DNA from: Octopus vulgaris
Lineage: Eukaryota
Direction of reading: 5' to 3'
DNA length: 64,000 nucleotides
Assembly: GCA_951406725.2 (NCBI GenBank)
Contig: OX597817.1
Location: 36,642,001 to 36,706,000 of the forward strand
Within the stretch, counting starts at the first letter, position 1; each line of letters begins with the position of its first letter. Shown here in pieces: positions 38,989-52,466 of this stretch. Under the pieces are notes generated by a model, which did no database searches, was not told the origin of the DNA, and was given only the letters and a program-made list of their open reading frames with translations. Position numbers and translations under genes: made by a program.

Positions 38989-39575
38989 TTACTTCTCTGA
39001 CCGTTCGGTCTTGTCTGCTCTGGTGGATTCTGTGAGAGTGTTGTCAGCCTGTTGTTAGAGGTTTCACAGGGTCACTTTCCGTTCATTTCAAGCTTGGATA
39101 CTTGGTTGTTAATTATTATTGTGGAAGACATTCAACATCAAAGTGCCAACATCTCAAAATCCTTGCTGTTCTCAGCAGACAGTTTGAGGGCATGATCTGC
39201 TTTCATTTAAATTTCGGAAGCTCTTATTTTTACTGTATTGAAAGTGTTTCACGTGGTCTTTTTGTTGTGTATTTGTCTGAATGCTTTTTTTTTTGTTTTT
39301 TACCTTACTAAATGCGCCTACTATGATAGGAATTGTTTCTGCTTTTAGGCTCCATACACCTTTTTGTCTCAAGTTTTGCTGCGTAGCGAACCTGCTGCCT
39401 GCAGCCTACGGTGCCCTGCTATCTGTTCTGTTTAACTATCTAATACTTTCCTAATTATTCTGACCGTATTAAAGAGGCAAACTTTTTGTAACAGTTCTAC
39501 TTGGTACTGCATTCCGATTTCCTTGACATTCCTCTTGGTGCCTTCCGATACTATTCTCAAGGACCCAACAATAAT
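38989..39575 (-). mobile_element. Two 3'-terminal fragments of R4/Dong-type (restriction-like endonuclease) non-LTR elements
   Basis: IIVGSLRIVSEGTKRNVKEIGMQYQVELLQKVCLFNTVRIIRKVLDS* and VWSLKAETIPIIVGAFS match the C-terminal pattern W.....VPVVIGALG...LQK..LLGTARILRKVL. Confidence 0.75.
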
Positions 39576-39578
39576 TAA

Positions 39579-39850
39579 GGTGGCGAGCTGGCAAAATGTC
39601 TTCGCGCCGTCAAAATACTTTGCGGAGATTCGTCCGTCTTTGTGTTCTAAGTTCACATTCCTCCCAGGTCGAATTTGCCTTTCATCTTTTCTGGGTCGAT
39701 GAAATAAGTACCACTTAAGCACTTCGGTCGATATAATCGATCAGCCTCCTCCTATAAGGTTGCAAGCCTTGTGTCTTTAATTGAAAGGATTATTATTATA
39801 AGTACCAGTCAAGTATTGGGGTCGATGTAATCGAGTGCCCCTTCCTTCTC
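39579..39850 (+). mobile_element. SINE family B, degenerate
   Basis: ggtggcgagctggcaaaa...ggtcgaatttgcctttcatc...aagtacc. Confidence 0.75.
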
Positions 39851-40700
39851 TGCCAACATTTGAAAACTATTATTACTGTTGTTGCAAATCGGATCAGAAT
39901 CCTAAGAAACTAATCGGTTCCGTTTCGTTTTTGTCTATCGTGGCTGAACTTTTCCATTTCTTAAAATAACGATCACATTATCACGTTGAAATTTCCGAAA
40001 GGACACAGGAGAGAAATAAACAGTGCTTGCTCAGTGATTTTTAAACTGCTTTCCATATTTTGAATGAAAGAATCACTCGCACCGGTATGGAAACCAAGAA
40101 AAAGAACAGTAGCGACAACAGCACCATCGCCATTATAAACACCAATAGCAACAATCATGGCTACCAATTCTAAAGAACGGACGGTGATAGAGTCGCTGTC
40201 ACTATCGCCACCATTATCACAACTGCCAACCCTGCTATAAATAGTAAGGAGGGCATCTACCACAACAATTTACGACGGCAAAAGTAAAAAAAGAAAGTCA
40301 CAACAACAAAAACGATATAAGAAAAAATGATAATGCGAACACTGAACATGGCAGAATCAAGGGCTAGATTTGTGTGGGTCTCGAGCCCATTTATTAATTT
40401 GGACTTGTATGCGAACGCTTAACTCGCCATATTCTACATCGTTTTCAGTATGAAAGTCTTTCCTTAATAATAGTTTTTTATATTGTTTCATATTGTTTGT
40501 ATTTTAAATATGTCTTCTGATTATTAGAATATTATTCTAAAGTGTACTATCATCGTCCGCCCACTCAATATTTCAAAATTTTGTCCAGCTTCATATGTTT
40601 AGTAAACATAATGTTCTGTAATAAAAATATAAATACCAGTCGAGTACTGAGAGCGATATAATCGACTGGCCCCTCTCTACAAAATCTCGAATATTGTGCC

Positions 40701-40777
<77 letters not shown>

Positions 40778-41204
40778 CATTATTATATTGTTGTTGTTAT
40801 TATTATCATTATTATTATTCTTATAACTAACACAAGTGATGCCATCATAGTCACCTATTTATAATACCACTTATTTATTTGTTCATGGTTATTGATGCTT
40901 AAAACATTAAAAATCGATAGTCTTCACAGATTTCAAACAAATCGCCACACAATTTCTATCCTATAATGTCTTAGAAATTCAATAATTGGTCATTTAGCTT
41001 CATTCATTTTATAGACACTATATCTTATTGTGTTTCGCTGAGTTTTATATTGTAGGGAATTCGAATGTAAGTCGTGGTGGCATTCTTTAGATTGTCAGTC
41101 TGCTGTGATATAACAGTGAGAAACCATTTCCTGAAATTTTAGAGTTGTGAAACAATTCCCCAAGGTATACGTGTGAATATGTCAAACTGGATTGTTTGAG
41201 AGAG

Positions 41205-41368
41205 AATGTATGTACGTATGTATGTATGTATGTATGTATGTATGTATGTACGTATGTATGTATGTATGTATGTATGTATGTATGTATGTATGTATGTATG
41301 TATATATATATATGTATGTATGTTTGTATGTATGTATATATATATATACATTTATATATATATATATA

Positions 41369-41401
<33 letters not shown>
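41205..41401. repeat. (TATG)n / (TA)n microsatellite
   Basis: Directly visible. Confidence 0.95.
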
Positions 41402-41724
41402 GAGCACTATTTGTCAATGTGCATACACTATGTCGAAAGGTATTTATCGTATATATGTGTGTGAGTATGTAGGGACAAAGTTAGATATGTGGGTGTATCA
41501 AAGCGAGTGTGTTTCTCTAATACCTCTAAGTATACACCCCCACAAACATGTATATATATATACTTTTATGCCCATATAAGTGTATGAATGTGTGTGTGTA
41601 TATATATACATCTATAAATTTATATAGGTGTGACAGTAATATAGATACATATACGTATATAGTGTATATGTACATATGTATAAGTACACACACATACATA
41701 CCAACAGATCTGTGACATCAATGG

Positions 41725-41774
<50 letters not shown>

Positions 41775-42332
41775 ATACACACGCAAACACACGTACGCAC
41801 TCACACCCATATAGGTGTTAGTGTGAGTACGGATGTACGGAGATTGATAGAGATGATTAATAGGTGACCCAGCTGTGAAGATATCCAAAAGTGTTTCTAG
41901 CAGTCGCACACGAAAACATACACGCAGCGTGTGCGTGGACACACTCAAACACGTGCGTACACACGCAGACACACAAATACACATACAAAAGCAGAGAGAT
42001 AAACGCAGGCATATAGACACACATACAAGCACACAGGCACAAACAGATAGCAAACTCAGAAGCACAGACACGAACAGACACTGTTATGGAAGTAAGTGAA
42101 TTCTTTTGTCGGTCTCGTATAAAAATATACAATAAAGCAAGCGACAATTCTAAGAGAAATTCATTGTCTTATTACACAATAAGCAACCATTTGACAAAGG
42201 CACCAGATTTAATAACAGGAACCATTTTGATTTCCGAGAAAAAGTATAAATAAAAACGTCCACTCTTCGTTTTGAACAGCCACAAAAGTGTATAATTTAC
42301 TTGGATAATGTTCTACGAAAGTTAGGTAAGAT

Positions 42333-42722
42333 CTCTCTCTCTAGCACTCCGTCGGCTACGACGACGAGGGTTCCGGTTGATCCGATCAACGGAACAGCCT
42401 GCTCGTGAAATTAACGTGTAAGTGGCTGAGCACTCCACAGACACGTGTACCCTTAACGTAGTTCTCGGGGATATTCAGCGTGACACAGAGAGTGACAAGG
42501 CCGGCCCTTTGAAATACAGGTACAACAGAAACAGGAAGTAAGAGTGAGAGAAAGTTGTGGTGGAATAATACAGCAGGGATCACCACCATCCCTGCCGGAG
42601 CCTCGTGGAGCTTTTAGGTGTTTTCGCTCAATGAACACTCACAACGCCCGGTCTGGGAATCGAAACCGCGATCCTATGACCGCGAGTCAGCTGCCCTAAC
42701 CACTGGGCCATTGCGCCTCCAC
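42333..42722 (-). mobile_element. tRNA-derived SINE family C, full length, (GA)n tail
   Basis: Reverse-complement head gtggaggcgcaatggcccagtggttagg...ggtttcgattccc; possible TSD ta(g/t)gtaagat on both sides. Confidence 0.88.
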
Positions 42723-43258
42723 TATGTAAGATAATAATCTTCATAACACCATACTAACAATTCTTTCAAAAATAGGCACAGGGCAAGCCGTATTGGGACG
42801 TATGGGGTAGTCAATTCCATTGATCCCAGTGCGTAACTGGTAATTATTTCTATCGATCTCGAAAGGATGTCGACTTAGGAGGAGGATTTCGTACTCTTGA
42901 CGTAGATACGATGCTAACGACTCTGCCAGATTTCCACCTTAATAATATTCTAATGATGCCAGTGATATATGTGTGCATTTGCCAAGCTTTGTCTTGGATT
43001 CAGGACTCCTTCATCTGGCCGTATGGGCGGTGTCGTAGTATACGTAGATTTGGGCCAGTCCATCCGCGTCTGGATGAGACAAAAGCTAATTTCTCTGAGA
43101 CGGAAATATGGAATAAGGGAATGAGAATTGAATGAAGGATATGAAGGATAAAGATGACATCGGAGTGAATTGAACTTGGAGCTTAGAGAGCTGGAACGAC
43201 TCTTCCATTTGCCGTCATTCTTGCCTGTGTGAATGAGTATATATATATATATATATAT

Positions 43259-43520
43259 GGAAAAACGTGAAGATAGAAAATAGTGAAATAATTTTATAAA
43301 AAACATTTCAGTACTGGTTTCAGTCATTGAGACTTTTTCAACTGTGAGTATGGAAAATAATTAAATATTGGTAAAATTAAAAGAAAAGATTTTTTTGAAA
43401 GAATATTTGCATAGTGTTCAAATACAAGCGGCATTTTCCTTGATTCTGCCTGTTTCTCTCTCTCTCTTGTTTACTCTTGTGGGTTTGAGGTCGTTGTCAC
43501 CGCACCAAAACTCGCATACA
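43259..43520 (-). mobile_element. Solo PLE pLTR-like element with HHR-like motif (43309-43344)
   Basis: Minus strand cagTTGAAAAagtc-tcaat-gactGAAAccagtactg, closely parallel to the motif at 1873-1914; adjacent to a (TA)n tract. Confidence 0.55.
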
Positions 43521-44036
43521 TACATATATATGTATGAATATGTAATTATTTCCTACAGGTTTTCAGTATATTTGTTATTGTCTTACACTGTTGCTGATTC
43601 ATATTTCCCAATAACTTATAGTAATATAATTAATTCGCTTGTAAAATTTTAAATATGTATTTTGAAAAGTGGTGTGCAATTTTTCTTCATGATATACCGT
43701 ACGCTTTGTTTTGGAAGTTGCCTTAACTAATGGTAATAGGTGTATATTTCTGAGGATTACTATATCATAATCTATTTTGTATAATTTATTTTGCACAATC
43801 TATCGTGGTTGCACTGGAGACTTCTATTTAAGGGAAGAAAATGTCTTCTAGCTTTAAGTATGCTGAGTAATTTATACCGAAGAGAAAAGAGCATGCATAT
43901 ATTTCTTTATACTTTTTTCTTCATTTTCATGAGATAAAGTTCTTAAGCCATTGATAGTTTTAATTTGCACCATTTCATCTTCCTTTTGGGCTCGTCAACA
44001 CTATATAACTTGGGACTTGAAATTAATTAAACAAAG

Positions 44037-44146
44037 TCTTCTTCTTCTTCTTCTTCTTCTTCTTCTTCTTCTTCTTCTTCTTCTTCTTCTTCTTCTTCTT
44101 CTTCTTCTTCTTCTTCTTCTTCTTCTTCTTCTTCTTCTTCTTCTTC
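44037..44146. repeat. (CTT)n microsatellite
   Basis: Pure CTT run (poly-L/poly-E ORF artefacts). Confidence 0.98.
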
Positions 44147-45602
44147 AGTAGAGACTAGAGGTAGAGACTTGAGATTAATCAAGAGCAATATTTTTTCTCT
44201 GTTTTTCTGCACTATAGAACCTATTTATGCAAGTGCTACTGATGCTAGTTATCCAAGCTTTTTCCATAAATAAGACACCATGGTATTAACCATTACACTC
44301 AAAGTTGTTTCACTCCCCACCATCTCTCTCAATTCATGTCTTTGTTCTATTTGAGATTAGAACGGTACACAATCTTTATAACTGGCTATATCTCTGATAC
44401 AGCCTTTCGATTCCAGAATTCTCCAAAATAGTGTTATAAAATCACATAATGATGCTTCTCCTACATCAATATCTGTAGTTATTTTTTTTCAAAATGCGTT
44501 TATATTTTATACCTACTCATGTACATCTATTTAATAATTTCTTTCTCTCATCACTACTTACGTAAACACTGTGAAGTATTTAATTCACTGGGACGACTAA
44601 CAAGGATACAACATGTCTAGTCTCGCCTCCTGAATTTGCCGAAAAATTAAAATATTAGCCATTATATTTTCGTGCAAATGGTGTTTCTATGTAATTAAAC
44701 ACAGAGACTCATTTTATTTTGTAATCATTTTGACATGAGATAGTCTGCTGAATACATTCCACCTTATGCCACGTAATCATAGTTATAAGTCTTTCCTGCT
44801 TCAGTGACCCGTTAATTAACATAACAATTCTATCAAATCTGATATCCATTGTTGATTATTACTTTTGGCATTCACCTGCTGAAAATATTTAATATCCAGT
44901 GGCATATGGTATTGTTTTATTATCTTCTATGATTACGATTTCACAATTACTATGGAAGATTATCATTTTCTGAACTTATTAATCTTCTCTTCTGTTACAC
45001 ATCCTCTTCTTGTCTCTCACTGTCTGCCTCTCTCTGTCTCTCTATTTCTCTCTCTCTCTCTCTTCCTCTCTCTGTTGCGTCCTCTCCCCTCTTCTGCTTT
45101 ACTAATTCCTAGGAATGCAAAGCTCTTCCTTCTAACAATTAGATTTGTACTAGTGTTAGAACCTTCGATGTATAGATTTTGCCTCAAATACAGTGAAGAT
45201 ACCTTGCTCAAGCTAACAATTTATTTACAAGAATAAAAGAATACAAGATTTTCCATCAGCAGCATTTTTGTAAAACCACCGGTTTCGCAGCTTTTACATC
45301 CACACACCTCACCAGGTGCCTCTGTGCCTGTTTCATATCCTTTAGTCATGGTTGTCCAACAAGTTCTGACCTACCAATATGACGTTCTTGATAACTCCGT
45401 TCATGGAAAGTCCATTCTTTGCTACATACGTGTAGTGTTTCCCAAAGACAATGGCCAACCAATAGTCACTGTTACAGAGGTTACTCTCTGCCGTACTGCA
45501 TGTTTTTCTGTCTGTCTGCCTGCCCCTCTGCCTGTCTGTCTGTCTATCTGTCTGTTTGTCAGTCTTTGTGTCTCTCTCTCTTTCTCTCTCTCAAAATGAT
45601 AT

Positions 45603-45928
45603 TACAGTATTTGATGGCCGAAAAGACGCACGCGTGCATAGGACGCACCCTAGCCTAAGCTATACTTTTGTAAAATAAATTACCACTAAAATAATGTTTT
45701 AATTCCTTCACTTACCGGTATAACTTTATGTTATTACTGGTATAAGCAATTTATTACATCCACATTCGATATAAACATACCAATAGATGGCAGTACACGT
45801 TTTGTAAACATGCATACCGTTTTGAGCGAGTTTTGAACCTACATTGTGTGCATTGGACGAAGGAGGACTTTTAAAGCCATTTTGGGGTTTTAAAAAATGG
45901 TGCGTCTTATAGGCCATCAAATACGGTA
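45603..45928. mobile_element. MITE (Tc1/mariner/pogo superfamily) with about 27-bp TIRs and TA ends
   Basis: ta-cagtatttgatggccgaaaagacgcac ... gtgcgtcttataggccatcaaatacgg-ta. Confidence 0.85.
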
Positions 45929-48051
45929 AATGTTGATTTCTAGCAAAGACATGGCCCCAAGGTGACATATTGGCGAAGGAATCAATCTATTAAATCAAAC
46001 CACAATATGTGAATAAGTAATTGCTTTATGTGTTCCGGAAACATGAAAGGCAAATCTGTTGTTTGTTTGAAAATGCTTACTAAAAATCGAATTGTTGTTC
46101 TCCACTCTGCTAATTGGGTTAATTCACCATCGCCCCAAACATAGAATACTATGTAAATTTGTCTTAAAAATATACACAATTTATAGATAAAATGTCTCCT
46201 AGAATAGGGCTATTTGAACATAGTTCGATCATACCTGAAAATTGCTATTGGTGAATTATGAGTATGGTGATGGTATTGGTGGTGGCGGTGATGATGATGG
46301 TGGTGGTAGTGGTGATGACGATAATGATGTTATTCATCATGACTATGATGATAATGACGTTGTTGAGGATGATCGTTAACGACACCATGAATACTGAGTT
46401 GTAATACCCGTGGAGTTTTCAGTTATTTCAAAATATTTCTCAAAAAGAAAGTATGTTGCCAGAAAATGCAACCATACACCTAAAGAACCATTCTGCCAAC
46501 CACCTACGTCTGTCTCTTTCTCTCTCTTGAACTCTTGAAAACTGTTATATATATATATGCAATTTTGAATTTTCGTGGAAGTTATTTTCTGTTAGAAAAT
46601 TTCAGTTAACTTTCATCATGAATTTCTGTATTGTCACTTTAGTATTACATATAATCTTTATCACTTGGACATTAAATTTATACAGTAAAGAGAGCGCCAT
46701 GAACATCAACTGTGCGTTAGAGTTTGCCTTATATTCAGTGAAAATATCTCAAATTAACCATCGCTTTGTCCCAAATAAAAATCATTGGTATTTCTTTTTT
46801 TTATCAGATTTCTAATGTAAAACGTTGCGTATTCTTGAATTTTAATTATGCAAGTCGAAATTTAATTTTTCTTCGTGATTAGAACAAGCTTACCACATTA
46901 ACTGATATTACCAGCTTAAAAATATGTTTGAGCTCAACCCATAAACCTTCAGGTATCACGCCTATGCAATAAACAATTATTTATTGGGCTGCATACTAAA
47001 TGCTATCTGCAGTTGTTGCAAATACCGGCAATTGAAACTGGCAGAATGTCATCCCGTTATATTAAATAAACACAAGTAAATTATAGTGAACTTGGAAATG
47101 ACAGCTAAACACGCTTAATTTCAAATTGCAACTTGCCTGTAGATCATTCTTTTCTTTCTGAATGTTGAATTCATCTCGTGTTTTATCTCTCCACTTCACA
47201 TTAGCTTTGGACTCCTTATATCTAAGAAGAAAACAATATTTAATTGTTGCTTTACTCTTTATCATCTCTTTAGTTAATTTTATGAGTTCATTTCATACTT
47301 AATACTGTTCTATTGTTATTTTCATTTATATCCATATACGTTAAAGATAAGGAAACACAAATTTGCCTGAGTTGCTGCTACACTTAACTTTCTACAAGTC
47401 TAATACATAAAGGAAATTGGAGACTATTACACTCATTCTCAATACGTTTATAGCATTGAAGAAAGGTATTATTTCCTTTTATACTGGTTCACCTCTATAA
47501 AACAGCTGGAGTATGGCTGGAGAATGAATAATTGATTTGGCTGAGCATGTACTCCACGAATTGTTCCCTTAGAAAGAGGCAGCAGTATATCTGGCGATTT
47601 GAAATCAATCGTACAAATCTAAATATAAAAGTACTCCTCTGTGACTTCAGTTCAAATCCAATGATAGACAAGCTAGTAACATCTACTCTTATTCTACGAA
47701 TACATATTCTGATATCTTAAAATGTTGTTTTTGTTTTCATGAAAACTGTGCTGGGTCGATAGTACAATGGCGGATTCACACAAAACTAACAATATTACGT
47801 CTGAAGAAGATGAGATCAAGAGATTGTTTAACATACATCTGACACGCAATAGAACAGCAGGAATTCGCCAAACAATCCATGGCTTTGTTTTCAACTTTCA
47901 ATGCTCAAATGGAATTCTGTATTAGAAGTCTTGACGGAACTTGGTGCCATGGATTTTGGAAAACGTGAAGATGAGATAAGTGTATAAATAGATAAATGTG
48001 GAACGAGGAACCAAAAGAACTAATTAGGAATACCAGAGAAAATGTAACATT

Positions 48052-48285
<234 letters not shown>

Positions 48286-48337
48286 CAGGTATACAAGAGA
48301 TATATATAAGCATATATATAAATACATATATATATGA

Positions 48338-48386
<49 letters not shown>

Positions 48387-48474
48387 TATAAGAGTATATA
48401 TATACACACACTCACACACACACACATATGTATATATATATGTATATACATAAATATATATATATATATATATG

Positions 48475-48529
<55 letters not shown>

Positions 48530-48598
48530 GCTGACGGAAACGACGTGTGCTTCAGCCGGGCTAGACGTTGACAAAACACTATATTTTATTGTCTTACA

Positions 48599-48650
<52 letters not shown>

Positions 48651-48659
48651 CATACACAC

Positions 48660-48699
<40 letters not shown>

Positions 48700-48700
<1 letters not shown>

Positions 48701-48852
48701 CGAAGTGATTCTTTCAGTTTCTATCTACCAAATTCACTCACAAAGTTTTGGTCGGCCCAAGGTTATGGTAGTAGACACTTGTCCAAGGGCCATGCAGTGG
48801 AACTGAATCCAGGACCATGCGGTTGGGAACCAAGCTCCTTACCACACAGCTA
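48700..48852 (-). mobile_element. SINE family A, 5' fragment
   Basis: ttctttcagtttctatctaccaaattcactcacaaag...gacacttgtccaagg...cttaccacacagc. Confidence 0.75.
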
Positions 48853-48893
48853 ATCTTTAAAATCGTAAATATTTCAGCTTCAAAGGTCCCATC

Positions 48894-48977
<84 letters not shown>

Positions 48978-49088
48978 ATATAAATATGTGTATATAAGTA
49001 TATACATATATATATATACATATGTATATGTATGTATATATATATATGTATATATACATATATGTATATATATGTATATATATATACA

Positions 49089-49756
<668 letters not shown>

Positions 49757-49770
49757 TACATATATATGCA

Positions 49771-49802
<32 letters not shown>

Positions 49803-49828
49803 CTTATATACATATATTTATATACATA

Positions 49829-50392
49829 TAACTTCGCAGATCGGCAAAAGATACCGATAGAATAAGTACTTCCCTTACAAAGAATAAGTTCTGGGGCCGA
49901 TTTGCTCGACTAAAAGTGGCTCCACAGCATGGCTGCACATGTATATGCATATACATACATGTATACACACACACACACACATACACACACACATATATAT
50001 ATATATATGTATATATGTATATGTATATATACATATATATATACATATGTGCAGCCATGCTGTGGCGCTACCTTTAGTCAAGCAAATCGACCCCAGAACT
50101 TATTCTTTGTAAGAGAAGTACTTATTCTATCGGTATTTTTGCCGATCTGCTAAGTTACGGGGGCGCAAGCACACTAGCATCGGTTGTCAAGTGATGTCTG
50201 ACACATACACATACACACACATATACATACGACAGCCTTCTTTCAGTTTCCATCTGCCAAATCCACTGACAAGGCTTTGGTCGACCCGAGGCTCTTGTAG
50301 AAAACACTTGCCCCAAGGGCCACGCAGTGGGACTCAACCCGGAACCATGTGGATGGTAAAGAAGCTACTTACTACACAGCCATTTCTGCGTC
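49829..50392 (-). mobile_element. SINE family A copy (50047-50392, minus) with a locally inverted duplicate of its 3' part (49829-49940)
   Basis: Arms are reverse complements separated by a TA/CA microsatellite. Confidence 0.8.
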
Positions 50393-51837
50393 TATAACCA
50401 CTCATGCCTCTAATTTGTGGTTTTCTCAGATCCTGAAAGAACTGCCAAATTACACATTATACGAAGACGTGTGTATAGTAAGTTATCTAATGGGGATACA
50501 GCAGGTAGGAAATAAATCTGTTCCCGTTCCAGTTTCTTTATGCAAAGGCTCTGTTTTTACCTATAGGCTACCAGATGAAGTCATTAAGTAAGATATACGC
50601 ATGTAAGATTTACTTGCATACATAATTATATAAATGCAGGTTTCCCATTCACATATAAATTCACAGTAGCAAACAAATACATAATAAAATCAATAGTCTG
50701 ACAAGTAAGTGATTATAACGAAAGGAAATAGGAAGCGTTGTACATATTTTATATTCCTACAGAAGTTTCTTTAGGCATCTTGTTGATGACGTTTGTTTAA
50801 ATTTCTATACTTTACCTACTCAAGGTACGATTTTGTTTCGTTGTATCTATATATTGATAAACATATATATGCACCTTTTCTATAAATATAACTTTCTCAA
50901 TGCGACACTTACTTTTGTCTTATTGTCGATTATCATATGAAATATGAACGACGCATTTAATTCATTTCGTTTTAGTTATTTGTTTATACTTATCTCACTG
51001 CATGTATTTATGCATATTATATATGTATATGTGTGTGTGTGTGCGCGCGCACGCGTGTCTGTACCCGCATGTTTGTGTGTAGTTAAATATACAGATGTTT
51101 TACATACCCTAAGTTCGAAAATATCTGCTATGCCTATTTAATTTCAACCCTATCAAGTTTTCCTTGAAGAAGGACTTTTCTAAAGCGTTGAACTTTTCAC
51201 TCCCTTATATTCTTATTATCGATTTTACTAAAATCACATCCTATCACCTCTATGGTGTCTGATGGCATCACCCTCCCTGTCTTCCCCTCCCTCTTTCACT
51301 CTTTCCTTGTGTATATATACACATGCATACGCACACAGACATACACAGACACGTACACACACATACATCTATGAGGAAAGATTTTCGTAAAAGTTCTTAA
51401 ATATTTAAAAAAGCAAAGTTTAAGAACCCAGAAACCTACGAAGGTTTTGCGAAGAAATTAATGTACGGTGTGCAATGTGTGTAAATACTTTGTGATCTGG
51501 GCTTGTCCATAAAGAGGAAGTAATTGTATGTAATGATGCTGACTATTGATGATTTAGTTTAGGATTTCCAATTCTTATAAAGTAATCTTCTTTATAAAAC
51601 AACTTCCTGTACATATTTTAGCCCAAAAGTCACGGGTTCGTTAAGTTGAACAACGAAAGCGCTTACACTCAATGCACATAGTACAAAAAGTTCTTTCCAA
51701 AACGTTCAAGGGATTCTTCTTTTCAAAAAAGAAAAAAAAATTAAATAGTTACTAAGACTTTCGATAAATATTTTGACTTTAGGAAGCATGGTTTACAAAA
51801 CCTTTTGTGTACATACTCATATATACATATATGTGTG

Positions 51838-51876
<39 letters not shown>

Positions 51877-51877
<1 letters not shown>

Positions 51878-52417
51878 GTCAGGTCACTTTCGAGTGCTAC
51901 TGATAACATGTAACCCAGTACAACCTGTTGCATGGTCGGGCCGTCGGCGACCAAGCCGGCAACCCCACCAAGCTTGCTTGGTGAGAAGGGTGTTTATTGG
52001 ACACCCTGCGGGATGAAAAACAAAGCCCGGAGGAACTCTTCAGAATCAACGGCCTTCCAATAAATATCTTACGGCTGTATCATGTGCAGGGACATAGAAA
52101 TAATCGGACTGAATACCCGAACGCGTGGTTAAATCATTGGGAGTGAAGGACTCCTAGCCTTTGTTAGGGCATCCTTCTAGGAGAAGGTAACTCACGTAAC
52201 TGGGATAACTCCGACATAAAACATGCGGCTCAGTGGTTACCGATGATGTTGACTTGTTCTTCTTTTCAGATTATGGCTGCTGTTGCTTAGTGAGTGGGAT
52301 TCAGTCAGTGCACAGCCTTTCCTCACTTAAAAAAAATCTTCTTGCACAGGCATTGCACGATAACAACATTGAGTAAGCTTCGTGCAATGGCCATACTCGA
52401 TAACGAGGGGGCAGCCA

Positions 52418-52420
<3 letters not shown>
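51877..52420 (+). mobile_element. RTE 5'-UTR-like non-coding element between two (TA)n tracts
   Basis: Contains agggcatccttctaggagaaggtaactc, resembling the conserved RTE 5' UTR motif (ctaggagaagg..aactc); GC-richer than the flanks; no RT ORF. Confidence 0.5.

Positions 52421-52466
<46 letters not shown>

Noticed and set aside
42981-43020. Minus-strand cagatgaaggagt-cctg-aatcc-aagac, possible HHR remnant
   Set aside because: Both conserved boxes are mutated; too degenerate to support.
45275-45320. Minus-strand CTGGTGA...GAAACCGGT
   Set aside because: Stem II does not pair and there is no valid cleavage triplet.
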